DNA from: Escherichia phage ES19
Direction: 5' to 3' (one strand)
Sequence record: MN508616.2
DNA length: 64,000 bases
Positions 1-10,432 of the stretch are shown in pieces (within the stretch, counting starts at the first letter, position 1; every line of letters begins with the position of its first letter). The position numbers and the translations under genes were made by a program. The notes below the pieces were generated by a model. The model was not told the DNA's origin, searched no databases, and was given only the letters and a program-made list of their open reading frames with translations.

Positions 1-110
1 GGTGAACTAATTTTTGAAATTCTACCTGAAATTTTAGTTGAAGGTTTTCTGGTAAATCGAAAAGTGTTTCTGTTGCAGAAAGATTATATTTTTCTTTAAG
101 AGACGCCATG
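1..110 (-). CDS. 5'-partial ORF of unknown product, runs off the window start
   Basis: ATG at 110..108, 27 nt after the regA stop; frame open to position 1 (MASLKEKYNLSATETLFDLPENLQ...). Sits where T4 has gene 43, but the N-terminus does not resemble T4 gp43 as I recall it. Weak RBS. Confidence 0.3.
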
Positions 111-137
111 TATTCTTGCGGAGTTATAGCAGTCATA

Positions 138-506
138 TTAATTACCAATCGTATATTTAGGAACGAGTTTCCATTCATGTTTTTGTTTAAAAGAAATAAC
201 TCGGAAGTTATTAGTTAAATCTTTCATAAAAGTTCTTTGACCAGGAACGATTTCAATCAGTCCCCAATCTTCTAATAGCCATGCAATCGAATCACGACGA
301 ACTTCATCTTCTTCTGTCATTTCAACTTGGCGACCATCCATACGAAGCATTTCTTTAAAATGAACGATATAGTATAGTCCTTTTTTCTGAAGAATATGAC
401 AGGACTGATACAGAACTTTATCTTTATTATTAGCAATTCCCATACGAGTCAAAGTTTCTTTTACTTTCAGAAAATCTTCAGGTTTTTTAAGAGTAATTTC
501 AATCAT
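138..506 (-). CDS. regA: RegA translational repressor
   Basis: 122 aa, same length as T4 RegA; conserved position downstream of genes 44/62. Confidence 0.85.
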   Translation of the reverse strand: MIEITLKKPEDFLKVKETLTRMGIANNKDKVLYQSCHILQKKGLYYIVHFKEMLRMDGRQVEMTEEDEVRRDSIAWLLEDWGLIEIVPGQRTFMKDLTNNFRVISFKQKHEWKLVPKYTIGN

Positions 507-507
507 T

Positions 508-1071
508 TTACCATTCCAATGCTAGTTTTTTGAGTTGTTTCTGTTCTTTTACGTTCTTAGTCACTTCTTTCAAAAAATCATCCGTGACTAAACCTTTTAG
601 TTCTTTTAATACTAAAGGAAGTTTTCCATTTTTAGTAAGAATTGATTTATAGTTAATTGCATCATTTGTATTAACTTGATACCGCTTAGCAAGTAACTTA
701 ATAATCAATACTTCAGTAGAATCTTCGACCAGTTTTGCCCATTTACCATATCTTTTACCCCGAGGAACAGCAGCCATCAGATAATTAAAATGGGCTTCAT
801 CGCTTAAACCTGATCCAATTAAATTCATCGCATATACAGCTGGCATGCATTCAGGAAATTGTGATAATGCATTCTCAACCATGTATTTTGAATAATCTTT
901 TTGAGCAATAGAGCATTTAGTTTTATTATTAATAGCTCCAATTATTTCAAAAAACTCATTTTCAGCTTTTTCTTTAAAAGAATCAGCAGCGGATTGGACA
1001 GCTGTCCAATCTTTAGAATACCAAGCAACTTGATGCTCGTTTAATTGAATATCATCTTCAAATAAGCTCAT
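508..1071 (-). CDS. 62: clamp loader small subunit gp62
   Basis: 187 aa from first ATG (MSLFEDD...); the track start at 1092 is an upstream extension; start abuts the gene 44 stop. Confidence 0.85.
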   Translation of the reverse strand: MSLFEDDIQLNEHQVAWYSKDWTAVQSAADSFKEKAENEFFEIIGAINNKTKCSIAQKDYSKYMVENALSQFPECMPAVYAMNLIGSGLSDEAHFNYLMAAVPRGKRYGKWAKLVEDSTEVLIIKLLAKRYQVNTNDAINYKSILTKNGKLPLVLKELKGLVTDDFLKEVTKNVKEQKQLKKLALEW

Positions 1072-1072
1072 A

Positions 1073-2032
1073 TCACTTCCACTGCATTTCACATGCTAAT
1101 TGAATGAAAAGATATGCTAAATGTAATTCCGTATTAGCCGCAATTCCGTGATACTGGTTATTTTCACCAACAATTTCATACATACGAATAATACTTTGTG
1201 GAGTTACGCGTGTATAGATTTCTTCGGCAAGTTTACCTACGAACCACGAATAATCAGCTGCATATTTTGGTGCTAAAGCTCTGAGCTGTTTAACATCTTT
1301 ATTTTTGAGAGATTCAAGAACATCATCAATAGCACCACGATCGTTAGTAACCAGTGATAAAATACCAGCATCCAAAACACCTTTAGACGAATAACTATCG
1401 AGCTCGCCAATAGTTTTACGAAAATCAGGAAAATTCTTTTTAACCAAAGCTGCTACAACTTTCATATCAGCTATAGCAATTCCTTCATGCTTACAGATTT
1501 CAGTCAATCGACGAATCATCTGCTTCATCATTTCAATTTTATCTTCATCGGTCGGTTGACCGAATGTAATAACTCGGCAGCGTGACTGAAGCGGTTTAAT
1601 AATACCATCAATATTGTTAGCAGTAATAATAATACTACAGTTTGAACTATAAGCTTCCATAAATGAACGAAGATGTCGCTGAGACTCTGCTAGCCCTGAA
1701 CGGTCAAATTCATCAATAACGATTACTTTTTGACGACCATCAAATGAAGCTGCACTGGCAAAATTAGTCAAAGGACCGCGAACGAAATCAATTTTACAGT
1801 CTGATCCATTTACAAACATCATATCAGCATTTACATCATGACACAATGCTTTTGCTACAGTTGTTTTACCTGTTCCTGGAGAAGGAGAATGAAGAATAAT
1901 ATGTGGAATCTTACCTTTACTTGTAATAGATTTAAAGGTTTCTTTATCAAAGGCGGGAAGAATACATTCATCGATAGTAGATGGACGATATTTCTGTTCA
2001 AGAATGTGTTCTTTTTCATTTACGGTAATCAT
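1073..2032 (-). CDS. 44: clamp loader ATPase subunit gp44
   Basis: 319 aa from ATG at 2032 ([17 protein letters not shown]...); Walker A GTGKTT, Walker B-like VIVIDEFD; RBS GAGGAAA; the track start 2047 is a TTG extension. Confidence 0.9.
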   Translation of the reverse strand: MITVNEKEHILEQKYRPSTIDECILPAFDKETFKSITSKGKIPHIILHSPSPGTGKTTVAKALCHDVNADMMFVNGSDCKIDFVRGPLTNFASAASFDGRQKVIVIDEFDRSGLAESQRHLRSFMEAYSSNCSIIITANNIDGIIKPLQSRCRVITFGQPTDEDKIEMMKQMIRRLTEICKHEGIAIADMKVVAALVKKNFPDFRKTIGELDSYSSKGVLDAGILSLVTNDRGAIDDVLESLKNKDVKQLRALAPKYAADYSWFVGKLAEEIYTRVTPQSIIRMYEIVGENNQYHGIAANTELHLAYLFIQLACEMQWK

Positions 2033-2064
2033 AATTTCCTCATTCAAGTTTTAGTGTAAATTAT

Positions 2065-2082
2065 AAAGGGCCGAAGCCCTTT
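2065..2082 (-). terminator. intercistronic stem-loop (7-bp stem, UUCG loop on the transcript) between genes 45 and 44
   Basis: aaagggc-cgaa-gcccttt read directly; the same element recurs at 6775..6792; may be a terminator/attenuator or RNA stability element. Confidence 0.4.
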
Positions 2083-2083
2083 A

Positions 2084-2770
2084 TTAAAAATCGTGGGTAG
2101 AATCAGCTTCAAGAGCTACCACATAATTCGCGTGTTCACCTTCAAATTTAGCAGCACCTTGTTTACCTTTTGCCCAGAGCAGAAGTTTATAATTTCCTGG
2201 TTGCATTTTCATATTTGCCATATTGATAATGAAATTAAATGTATTTTCACCATCATAATCACCAAGAGTCAAAGAATATTTAACACGGGTCAGAGCAGAA
2301 TCTTCTACTTTATTAAAACCGTTAATTACGATTTTACCTTCTTTTACCGTGATAGCAATTGTATCAATTTGCAGACCACGAGATACACGCAACAGTTGTT
2401 GAAGGTCTTCAGCTTTAATTTCAGTAACAACAGATGCTACCGGGAATGGAATTGGTTTATTAGGAGCAACTACTGTACTCGGATCGGCTGCTGGCCAAAA
2501 AATTGTTGAACGAGCATCAGCAATTTTAATATTTCCATCTTCTGACTGGGAAATTTCTGCGTCATCATTAACTAGAGACAGAATACCGAGAAAACCGTTC
2601 AAATCGTAAATTGCTACATCAAAATCAATAACGTCAGAAATATTTGCTTCCGCATAAGTTGTACCATTAACTGCGCGAGTCATAATAAATTGACCGGATT
2701 TAAGCATAATACCGGAGTTAATAGTAGCGAAATTTTTAAGCAGAGCAGTAGTATCTTTAGACAGTTTCAT
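2084..2770 (-). CDS. 45: sliding clamp gp45
   Basis: 228 aa, same length as T4 gp45; position upstream of 44/62. Confidence 0.9.
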   Translation of the reverse strand: MKLSKDTTALLKNFATINSGIMLKSGQFIMTRAVNGTTYAEANISDVIDFDVAIYDLNGFLGILSLVNDDAEISQSEDGNIKIADARSTIFWPAADPSTVVAPNKPIPFPVASVVTEIKAEDLQQLLRVSRGLQIDTIAITVKEGKIVINGFNKVEDSALTRVKYSLTLGDYDGENTFNFIINMANMKMQPGNYKLLLWAKGKQGAAKFEGEHANYVVALEADSTHDF

Positions 2771-2825
2771 GTAATTTCCTTCAATTCAAATGAGATTTAA
2801 TTTTATAACTAATTAAATAAAGCAA

Positions 2826-3215
2826 TTAACGATTAAAATCAGCTGCGATTGTTTCGGCAACAATTTGAGCAGCAACAATTAGACGTTCATCTGCATTACC
2901 GCAATATTCATCTTCAAGGCGTTCACCGCATGAAGTCATAATAAATTTAGCACCGGCGTTTAGGGATTCTGTAGTATGTTTGCGCATTAGTTCAATCCAT
3001 TTATTACTTACTTCACGATCGATAGCTTCATAATACGCATGACGAGCAGGTGCAGATTTAATTTTGTTCTGAATAACTTCCATTGCGTTATCAGAAAGAG
3101 ACAAAACCCATGCTCGACGAATTTTATTTTGGTTTTGTGAATTTGATTCAGAACGCACGTGTTTTGGCTGAATATCTTTTACATCAACAGTATAATTCAC
3201 AGTAATTTTAGTCAT
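2826..3215 (-). CDS. rpbA: RNA polymerase-binding protein RpbA
   Basis: 129 aa, T4 RpbA length; position between 46 and 45. Confidence 0.7.
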   Translation of the reverse strand: MTKITVNYTVDVKDIQPKHVRSESNSQNQNKIRRAWVLSLSDNAMEVIQNKIKSAPARHAYYEAIDREVSNKWIELMRKHTTESLNAGAKFIMTSCGERLEDEYCGNADERLIVAAQIVAETIAADFNR

Positions 3216-3224
3216 AATACACCT

Positions 3225-3413
3225 TTAGTCATAATAATCAGTAACAGTCCAAGCTTCATTTCTATTGGACATTATTTTTGTATATTCTGCTTTAAATGCA
3301 TTCCTAAGCATAGATTCAGTAACTATATGCTCTTCATTAGAAAAATTATTTCTCAGAATATATCGTTTTATTTCAGGAATAGTTAATAGATGCTGTCCAG
3401 TTGAATATTCCAT
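3225..3413 (-). CDS. hypothetical protein (T4 45.2 position)
   Basis: 62-aa ORF on the coding strand between 46 and rpbA. Confidence 0.5.
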   Translation of the reverse strand: MEYSTGQHLLTIPEIKRYILRNNFSNEEHIVTESMLRNAFKAEYTKIMSNRNEAWTVTDYYD

Positions 3414-3468
3414 GTTTTTCCTCCATAGAGATTATACTCTAATAAATTAAAGCATAATCTCTTATAAA

Positions 3469-5151
3469 TTAAACCATTACAGTAAATCGACCGACTTTCT
3501 TCATTTGAAGATGCTGACCATATTCTTGCGGGTCATGGTCTTTATGCGAAATTATAAAAACATTAGTGTTTTTCATTGAATTTATAATATTAGCTACACC
3601 TTTAATACCTTCGGCATCAAATGACCCATCAAACACTTCATCGAGTATTAACGTACTAATACTAACACCAGATACAATAGAAGCAATATCACGCCAAGTA
3701 AATAAAAGAGCAATATCAATTCGTGCTTTTTCACCTTCACTAAATGAAGCATAACTAAAATCTTCACGACCACGGGATTTAATTATCTCATTAAATTCTT
3801 CATCTAATGTAAACACATAATCCGCTTCCATTATTTTAAGATAATGGTTAATCTGCTTATTAAATAATGGAATGTACTTTTTAATAATAGCACCTTTAAT
3901 ACCAGAATCTTTGAGCATATCAGTCAAAATTCCTCGGTGGTATTTTTCCATTACTAAATTAGTTTTTGTCTTAACAATTTTATCAAGTTCTTCTTGAAGC
4001 AGTGCTATTTCATCAGCATGGTCAATAAACTCAGAAGATGCTTTTTCTATAGCTGCTTTAACTTTTTTAGCTTTATCTACCGTCGTGATTAGAGATTGCT
4101 TTTTATTGCGAATATCATTTGCCAACGACTGCTGAGTTTTAATATTATCTCGGTATTCATCAACAAGAACTTTTAAATTATCACGGTGTGTTGAAAGCTG
4201 TTCAAACGAATGCGTACATTCAGAAACTTTATCTTTAATTTTAGAAACAACTTTATCACCGGAACTTAATTGTGACAAGCAGGTTGGACATAATCCACCT
4301 TCGTGATACATATTAATGACTTTATTATACGAGTCAATTTTTGATTTAATTAAAACTGCTTCTTGACCGATTTTATTAAATGCATCAGTCGGGTCTTCAT
4401 CCAAAACAATATTAACTAATCTTTCGTTAGCTTCTTCTATTTCCGATTTTAGCATTCTAGCTTCTTTTGCCAAATCATCATACATATTTTGTAGACGTGT
4501 AAGGTTGTCACCCGTTAATTTTTTCTGGCGTTCAACGTTATCATTATATATTTTAATTTGTTGGATAATACTATCTTTTTTAACATCAAGCACTTGGTTT
4601 TGTGAATTTAATTCACGTATTAGTGCTTTATTAAGCTTATCCATTTCAGCTAATGTTCCTACCTCAAGCAGGTCTTCCACAAGCTTTCTTCGCGCAGGGG
4701 TCGACAAACCCATGAAAGGGGTATACCCTGCTGTACCAAGGACAACAATCTGCTTGAAACTGGCATATGACATTCCGATAAGCTGTTCAAATTCTGCTTG
4801 GAAATCTTTACTGCTGGCAGATTCATTAAGACGTGTACCGTTAACGGTGATTTCGAAAACGTTTGGTTTTTGTCCTCTTTTGATATAGTACTTTTTCTCA
4901 TCATATTCCATCCACAGTTCAACTAAAAGTTCTTTCTTATTTGTGCTGTTTATTAATTGGCCTTTCTTTACATCACGAAATGGCTTGCCAAAAAGCCCAA
5001 ATGTGATGGCTTCTAACATAGTAGACTTACCACCGCCATTTCGTCCAGTAATAAGAGTTTTTTGAACCTTATCTAATTGAATGTCAATAGGATTTCCACC
5101 TACTGACATTATATTTTGATACCTAACTCGGTTTAGTTTAAAATTCTTCAC
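3469..5151 (-). CDS. 46: recombination endonuclease subunit gp46 (Rad50/SbcC-like ATPase)
   Basis: 560 aa; Walker A GRNGGGKST near N-terminus, Cys pair CPTC in the coiled-coil region, C-terminal ABC signature region; T4 gp46 length. Confidence 0.9.
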   Translation of the reverse strand: MKNFKLNRVRYQNIMSVGGNPIDIQLDKVQKTLITGRNGGGKSTMLEAITFGLFGKPFRDVKKGQLINSTNKKELLVELWMEYDEKKYYIKRGQKPNVFEITVNGTRLNESASSKDFQAEFEQLIGMSYASFKQIVVLGTAGYTPFMGLSTPARRKLVEDLLEVGTLAEMDKLNKALIRELNSQNQVLDVKKDSIIQQIKIYNDNVERQKKLTGDNLTRLQNMYDDLAKEARMLKSEIEEANERLVNIVLDEDPTDAFNKIGQEAVLIKSKIDSYNKVINMYHEGGLCPTCLSQLSSGDKVVSKIKDKVSECTHSFEQLSTHRDNLKVLVDEYRDNIKTQQSLANDIRNKKQSLITTVDKAKKVKAAIEKASSEFIDHADEIALLQEELDKIVKTKTNLVMEKYHRGILTDMLKDSGIKGAIIKKYIPLFNKQINHYLKIMEADYVFTLDEEFNEIIKSRGREDFSYASFSEGEKARIDIALLFTWRDIASIVSGVSISTLILDEVFDGSFDAEGIKGVANIINSMKNTNVFIISHKDHDPQEYGQHLQMKKVGRFTVMV

Positions 5152-5411
5152 AAAAGATTCCTTTTAATGTATCTTTTAGACCATTCTATCATATCATCAT
5201 AATCTAAAAAGTATTCATCAAATTCAGCCATGCAAACAACGCCTTGTGCTGTTTTTGATGTAATATAAATTATTCCAACATATCTAGAATCTTCTTCGGT
5301 ATAATCAATGTTTGCTATGAATTCATCATTAATGTCAAATGTCGAAAACTTCACAGTATGCATCCTTAATACAAGATACGGCCATATCTCGCAATGATTT
5401 AGGTGTGTCAT
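5148..5411 (-). CDS. hypothetical protein (T4 46.1 position)
   Basis: ORF on the coding strand between 47 and 46; true start probably internal. Confidence 0.4.
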   Translation of the reverse strand: MTHLNHCEIWPYLVLRMHTVKFSTFDINDEFIANIDYTEEDSRYVGIIYITSKTAQGVVCMAEFDEYFLDYDDMIEWSKRYIKRNLL

Positions 5412-5598
5412 TATCTAAAATGTTGAAGTTAAAAGATACAGCCCAGTCAGTGCAGACCGTGACCTTTTTAATACAATTATCTTCAACCTCTAGCGGTTCA
5501 AACCAATATTCAATAATTTCTTTATGCCCAATATCATCTTTTACTTCGCATTCAAAATGCTGACTCATCATAACATTTTTAAATTCATCAAAAGTCAT
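5335..5598 (-). CDS. hypothetical protein (T4 46.2 position)
   Basis: ORF on the coding strand, overlaps the neighbouring ORF in another frame; start uncertain. Confidence 0.4.
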   Translation of the reverse strand: MTFDEFKNVMMSQHFECEVKDDIGHKEIIEYWFEPLEVEDNCIKKVTVCTDWAVSFNFNILDNDTPKSLRDMAVSCIKDAYCEVFDI

Positions 5599-6614
5599 TG
5601 TGTTGCCTCTACATATAACTGATTTGCATATTGAATAAGTGCTTCACGGTCAGAATCAGTGATGTCTGGAATTGCATTAATGTATTCTTCCATCAACGTC
5701 TGAAGAGATTGAACTTCAACTTCTTCACTGTCATCTGACTCGACAGAGTTATCAATCTTTGACACAACTCGTAATGAATGCACAACTTTTTCTAGTTCAG
5801 ATTCGAACTTCGTTAGATTTTTGTCTACTTCAGTTACTATAACACGTACTGATAGATTTGTAAAATCTTTATAGTCAATTTTTCCTTTAAATGGATAATG
5901 AATTCTACGATGCCAGGTAGTGTTGTTTGGAATAAATTCCATTCGTTCTGTTTCTGTATCAAACATCCAGAACCCACGAGGGTCATTCTCGTCACCTGCA
6001 GTTAGTGTCCATGGTGTCCCAATATATCTGACGTTAGCAGCCTCAGAGATAGTATGGAAGTGACCAGACCACACCTCTTTATAAGTCTTAAGGAAATCAG
6101 GTTCAAGACCGTGAGATTTCATTCCTTTATAAAAATAAAATCCATTCAGTTCCCAGTGACCAACACAAAAAGAAGCAGATGAAGTTTTAATATGTTCAAG
6201 AATTTCACCAGTATTTTCTTCGCACATCCAAGGAATTAAATCAATCAAACATCCGTCAAAATCTACTGTAGTAGGCTTATCATATACTTTAACATTAGGA
6301 TATTTAGCCAAAAGCTCAGTAGAAGCATTTGGATGCATTACATTTTTGTAGTGAAGATCGTGATTTCCTACAATAGTATGTAATGTGATTCCAGCACCAT
6401 CAAGTATTTGAACTATTTCACGGGCAAACTCCATAGTTTTATGCGTGATCGCTTTTCGCACATCAAAAATATCACCGTATTGAATCCATACCGTAATTCC
6501 ATTTTTCTTAGAATATTCTATCGCTTGCTTAATTCCATCAATTTGAATACCGCGAATCCACTCATCATCAGCTTTAACGCCTAAATGCCAATCACCTAAA
6601 TTTAAAATTTTCAT
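5595..6614 (-). CDS. 47: recombination endonuclease subunit gp47 (Mre11/SbcD-like)
   Basis: 339 aa; phosphoesterase motifs GDWHLG, GDIFD, GNHD, GHWE. Confidence 0.9.
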   Translation of the reverse strand: MKILNLGDWHLGVKADDEWIRGIQIDGIKQAIEYSKKNGITVWIQYGDIFDVRKAITHKTMEFAREIVQILDGAGITLHTIVGNHDLHYKNVMHPNASTELLAKYPNVKVYDKPTTVDFDGCLIDLIPWMCEENTGEILEHIKTSSASFCVGHWELNGFYFYKGMKSHGLEPDFLKTYKEVWSGHFHTISEAANVRYIGTPWTLTAGDENDPRGFWMFDTETERMEFIPNNTTWHRRIHYPFKGKIDYKDFTNLSVRVIVTEVDKNLTKFESELEKVVHSLRVVSKIDNSVESDDSEEVEVQSLQTLMEEYINAIPDITDSDREALIQYANQLYVEATQ

Positions 6615-6774
6615 ATATCAAGAACCGTCATTGAAATGCAAAATAAAATTATTGAAATAAACCCATCTGGTGTGCTAAAGAAACCAATCCAGCATGCTCT
6701 AGTGAATAGATAAAATGCAAGAAAAAGTATCACATATCCAAGAAATATCATTATATCAAACTCCGTATAAAGCT

Positions 6775-6792
6775 AAAGGGCCGAAGCCCTTT
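6775..6792 (-). terminator. stem-loop immediately after the a-gt stop
   Basis: aaagggc-cgaa-gcccttt, identical to the 2065..2082 element. Confidence 0.4.
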
Positions 6793-7993
6793 ATTTTGTA
6801 ATAATGTCAAACTGTTCTTTAAAGCAGAAGCTTGAATCTTGATGCTGATACAAAAATTCATATGCTTTTTCTCGCTCACGGTCATAAAGAGCTCGGTCAG
6901 ATGACAGTTCTTTAATACGTTCAAACGTTGATTCCATATCATTTTCATCAAACCAAATGATACCGCTATCATGCGAGGTCAAAGGAGTATTATCAACACG
7001 GAATTTTAAATTTTCGCCAGTAGATTTCCAAAATACCGGAATTGTTCCACATGCACCAAGCTCGAGATGAGTATATTCTAAAGAACGTTGTAGATATTTT
7101 TTGTCCAACTTACTCAGCTGATAACCAAAACCGGATTTACTCATGCGTTCAAGCATTTCGCTATTTACATAACGGTCAAGAATTTGCGTTGGCAAATTAG
7201 GAGCAATTTTAATTTGGTCTACTTGATGAAGACGATAATACTCGTATGGAATTCCCTTTTCTTTAATAGGAATGAACGCTGGAGAACGTTCCAGACCTTC
7301 CATAATAGTACTTAGTCCTGCAGGTTTAAGATGTTTTTCATGAAAATCAAACATCTGGTAAAAACCTTTCCATGTAGTAGTACGACCAATCCAACGGTTG
7401 ATATTCATGTTAATTTCAGAAACATCTTTCCAGTAGGTTGATCGAACCTTCGCAATATCCATAGGAGGCTGAAAGTTATATACGGTCGGTGCTTCTTCAA
7501 TATCATCAAACAGAGAAACGGTTTCTGGATACCATTCTTTCATCAGAACTTTATTAAAATCACCATTATCAGAATGGCTAAAAATAACATCAGCTCGACG
7601 AACAGTTTCTTCTAATCCCAAATTTCGGCGCAAAGAAAGAGAAGAATGGTCATGTTGATAAACTACAACACGAACAGAAGGTTTAATGTTATCAATAATT
7701 TTTTTATAGTTATTAATAGTGTCTTCTTCAACCGAAGTAGCAGGAACTGAATTGATAATTAGAATATCACAATCATTTACCAGCTTAAGTGTTTTATCAT
7801 ATTCTTTTGCCAATAAAACCGGAATTGAAAATGATTTATAATCATGCGCGCAATTACGAGTAAATGATTTATCTTTAGCATAAACCAAAGTTACTTCATG
7901 ACCATTCTTAATAAACCAATCACGTTGCTCAAGAGAAAATTTAGTTACACCACAACCTTCAAGACCTCGAGCCATAAAAATACATACTTTCAT
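6791..7993 (-). CDS. agt: DNA alpha-glucosyltransferase (HMC-DNA glucosylation)
   Basis: 400 aa; N-terminus MKVCIFMARGLEGCGVTKFSLEQRDWFIKNGHEVT and overall sequence match T4 alpha-gt as recalled; position between 47 and 55. Confidence 0.85.
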   Translation of the reverse strand: MKVCIFMARGLEGCGVTKFSLEQRDWFIKNGHEVTLVYAKDKSFTRNCAHDYKSFSIPVLLAKEYDKTLKLVNDCDILIINSVPATSVEEDTINNYKKIIDNIKPSVRVVVYQHDHSSLSLRRNLGLEETVRRADVIFSHSDNGDFNKVLMKEWYPETVSLFDDIEEAPTVYNFQPPMDIAKVRSTYWKDVSEINMNINRWIGRTTTWKGFYQMFDFHEKHLKPAGLSTIMEGLERSPAFIPIKEKGIPYEYYRLHQVDQIKIAPNLPTQILDRYVNSEMLERMSKSGFGYQLSKLDKKYLQRSLEYTHLELGACGTIPVFWKSTGENLKFRVDNTPLTSHDSGIIWFDENDMESTFERIKELSSDRALYDREREKAYEFLYQHQDSSFCFKEQFDIITK

Positions 7994-8045
7994 TTAATAT
8001 CCTCTTTATTTTGGTTTATTTTACCAAAAAATTTATAAAGCAATA

Positions 8046-8063
8046 TAGGAGCCGAAGCTCCTA
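8046..8063 (-). terminator. stem-loop taggagc-cgaa-gctccta
   Basis: 7-bp stem with CGAA loop read directly in the intergenic region upstream of a-gt. Confidence 0.35.
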
Positions 8064-8237
8064 TCCACATAATACGCCATACAGAGGCTCGTTAGAACTT
8101 TTAAATTTTATGCGCTTATATTTTATAGTTCCTTCTGCTTTAGCTTTATCATGAGACGCTTTAAAGAGTCTCATCATTTCCTCTTTAGAGGAACGAATTT
8201 TATTATAATCTATTTCAGAAGTCTGGGTGTTCATCTT

Positions 8238-8444
8238 TCATAACTGCCACCATTTTTTGACTTGATAAGAATCAACCCACACTTTCATATTAGGGTCTGC
8301 TCTTACAATAGGAGGATTAACTTCTTTAATTGAACTATCATGGTATTCTTTTTCAGAAATTTTCACACAAAGATGACCATTCAGAGATTCAGTAAATCCT
8401 GCATTAATTTTAAGACGCTTGAATTTTACGTGTGTAAGCATCAA
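8238..8444 (-). CDS. hypothetical protein
   Basis: 68-aa ORF on the coding strand between 55 and a-gt. Confidence 0.4.
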   Translation of the reverse strand: MMLTHVKFKRLKINAGFTESLNGHLCVKISEKEYHDSSIKEVNPPIVRADPNMKVWVDSYQVKKWWQL

Positions 8445-8727
8445 TCATATCCTCAATCTGCGATCTAGTAGTCTTCCAAAGAATACTAATGAGTTCATCG
8501 TTATATGGCTGTTTTAGAATATCCCGACTTTTCTTGATAGCATATTCGTATTGAGCAAAATTATTATTTTCAGCTGCGATCTGAGCGTGCTTATAAAGAC
8601 GATTCAGTTCGCGTTTGTTTTTAGACAATAACTTATTTGCTTTTCTTTCTGCTTCAAGACGGTTCTTTTCTTCAATAGAAGAAATAAGCTTTTCCACTTC
8701 ATCATTAATTTCGGGTTTATCAGTCAT
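8410..8727 (-). CDS. hypothetical protein
   Basis: 105-aa ORF on the coding strand; charged, coiled-coil-like. Confidence 0.45.
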   Translation of the reverse strand: MTDKPEINDEVEKLISSIEEKNRLEAERKANKLLSKNKRELNRLYKHAQIAAENNNFAQYEYAIKKSRDILKQPYNDELISILWKTTRSQIEDMIDAYTRKIQAS

Positions 8728-8728
8728 A

Positions 8729-8947
8729 TTATTTCTCTAATATAAAATAAAAATCATCATCTGTTAAATGATACCGATAGTTTAATTCTACACCATTAGA
8801 TTTAAAAGCGGTATCATACGGATTTTCTGGGTCAATATCAATGTCAAGAGCTAAAACTTCCCTGAGATACATTTTAAGTAAATAGGGAATAGCTTCAACT
8901 TCAGGTATTTCTTCCAAGAATCCGGAGAGGTTAATCGTTAGCCTCAT
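8729..8947 (-). CDS. hypothetical protein
   Basis: 72-aa ORF tightly packed downstream of gene 55. Confidence 0.45.
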
Positions 8948-9488
8948 ATAAAAAATCCAAACTAGGAGAATCGTCTACAACACTTTTCTTTTCAGCCCCC
9001 GGTGTTCTATAGGTTGATTCTTCGTAATGCGTCATTTTATCGTAGATGTCTTGAATAAAAGTTTCATCTACTAACGCAACCATATCGTCGTCACGACTGT
9101 CATAGACATTGTGAACGAAGTAACTATATTTCTTTGCAACTTCCTTACGTTCTTTTTTAATACGTTGGACGAATGCATTAAAACAAGCTTGAGTTATATA
9201 TGCATGTGGGTTTTTATATTTCGTTTCATCAAAATTATGAAGCCCCTTAATAGAAGCTTCTATACCATCTGCAATCATTTCTTGTTTCCAAGACTGGGTG
9301 TATCCTGAAAAGTTGAAACGTTTAGATAAGCCTTCTGCAATAAGCATAATGGCTAATCCGATAGTATCATTCTGACGAACTACTTTATTTGGGTCTTTAT
9401 TATTTGCTAATTCTGTTTTCCAATCAATAATAGCTTGTAAAAGCTCTTTATTGTTTACGTAATTATATTTAGGCTTAGTTTCTGACAT
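8931..9488 (-). CDS. 55: late-transcription sigma factor gp55
   Basis: 185 aa from ATG at 9488 ([24 protein letters not shown]...), matches T4 gp55 as recalled. Confidence 0.9.
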
Positions 9489-9566
9489 TTTCACCTCTTA
9501 GCTCAATTCATAGATCTATTATATCATAATATTTGAAGATCTATCTTAAAGCATAGAGGATATCAG

Positions 9567-9836
9567 TTATCTAAGTAAACAATATGCTTGGAATACTTTC
9601 TCCATCATCTTTTTAAATTCATGAATATCTATATAATGACTAGTTAAATCAGCATGATATAAAAAGTCTAAAAACTTTTCATGTGTGCTAACGTATTCAC
9701 TTTCATTTAATTCAGAAACATGACTTTCCCAATATCCAACACCAGTCTTATTTGGGAAAAATGAAATTTTCATGTATTGGTCAACATAGAAAATGCCATA
9801 ATTTTCAATAGTAATAGAAATATTAATAAATTTCAT
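9567..9836 (-). CDS. hypothetical protein (55.x position)
   Basis: 89-aa ORF on the coding strand. Confidence 0.45.
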   Translation of the reverse strand: MKFINISITIENYGIFYVDQYMKISFFPNKTGVGYWESHVSELNESEYVSTHEKFLDFLYHADLTSHYIDIHEFKKMMEKVFQAYCLLR

Positions 9837-10048
9837 ACATTCATCAACTTAGCAGCTTCAAGAGCTGCATCTAGTGAATCAAATTGGTCAACATATTCAA
9901 TCAATTCGCCGTAATTGGCATATAACCACCATTGGCTAAATTCATACTCAAGGATGAATCCGTTTCCTTCAATTTGAGTTAAACCAATGCCATTTGTATT
10001 TACTTCATATCCAGCAAGACGCAAATCGTTAATAAGAGCTTCGTTCAT
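9833..10048 (-). CDS. hypothetical protein (55.x position)
   Basis: 71-aa ORF, stop/start coupled with neighbours. Confidence 0.45.
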   Translation of the reverse strand: MNEALINDLRLAGYEVNTNGIGLTQIEGNGFILEYEFSQWWLYANYGELIEYVDQFDSLDAALEAAKLMNV

Positions 10049-10050
10049 AA

Positions 10051-10320
10051 TTATACCTTAGTAATTTTCAGGTCTGCAAATTTTTTCTTGCGTTGATTTT
10101 TCATGCGACGAATAGTTTTATCGGAAATTTCATGCTTTTGATAAGCTTTAGATTCTACACCAAAAGCTTTAACATCAAATTCTGACAAGATATATTGAAC
10201 CAACAATTCACGGACAGTATTGCGTCCAATCTTCTGATCATTCTGTTTCATCATCTGATGAAGCTCTTTTTCCCATTTATCCAAAATTTGAGGAGTTACA
10301 ATATCGCCTTTTTCTAGCAA
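10051..10320 (-). CDS. hypothetical protein (55.x position)
   Basis: 89-aa basic ORF. Confidence 0.45.
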   Translation of the reverse strand: MLEKGDIVTPQILDKWEKELHQMMKQNDQKIGRNTVRELLVQYILSEFDVKAFGVESKAYQKHEISDKTIRRMKNQRKKKFADLKITKV

Positions 10321-10416
10321 AGAAACTACTTTATCATATGCGTAAGAATTAATGACGTTTTTAATCTAAATAGTCATACATTATCCTCAATTACGTTAAA
10401 ATTTTATTATCCAAAA

Positions 10417-10432
10417 AAGGGCCGAAGCCCTT
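10417..10432 (-). terminator. stem-loop aagggc-cgaa-gccctt preceded by an A-tract (U-tract on the transcript)
   Basis: Read directly; overlaps the stop codon of ORF 10431..10631. Confidence 0.4.

Noticed and set aside
1838-2509. Plus-strand ORFs 1838..2059 and 2093..2509 opposite genes 44 and 45
   Set aside because: Entirely antisense to well-supported conserved genes; low-complexity Phe/Ile/Asn-rich translations typical of AT-rich antisense frames.
3159-5563. Plus-strand ORFs 3159..3386, 3265..3450, 3566..3754, 4505..4888, 5339..5563 and minus-frame ORF 4659..4922 inside gene 46
   Set aside because: Antisense or alternate-frame overlaps of rpbA, 46 and 46.x; no RBS or coupling support.
6751-6972. 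Minus-strand ORF 6751..6972
   Set aside because: Alternate frame almost wholly inside the a-gt C-terminus; it also spans the terminator hairpin.
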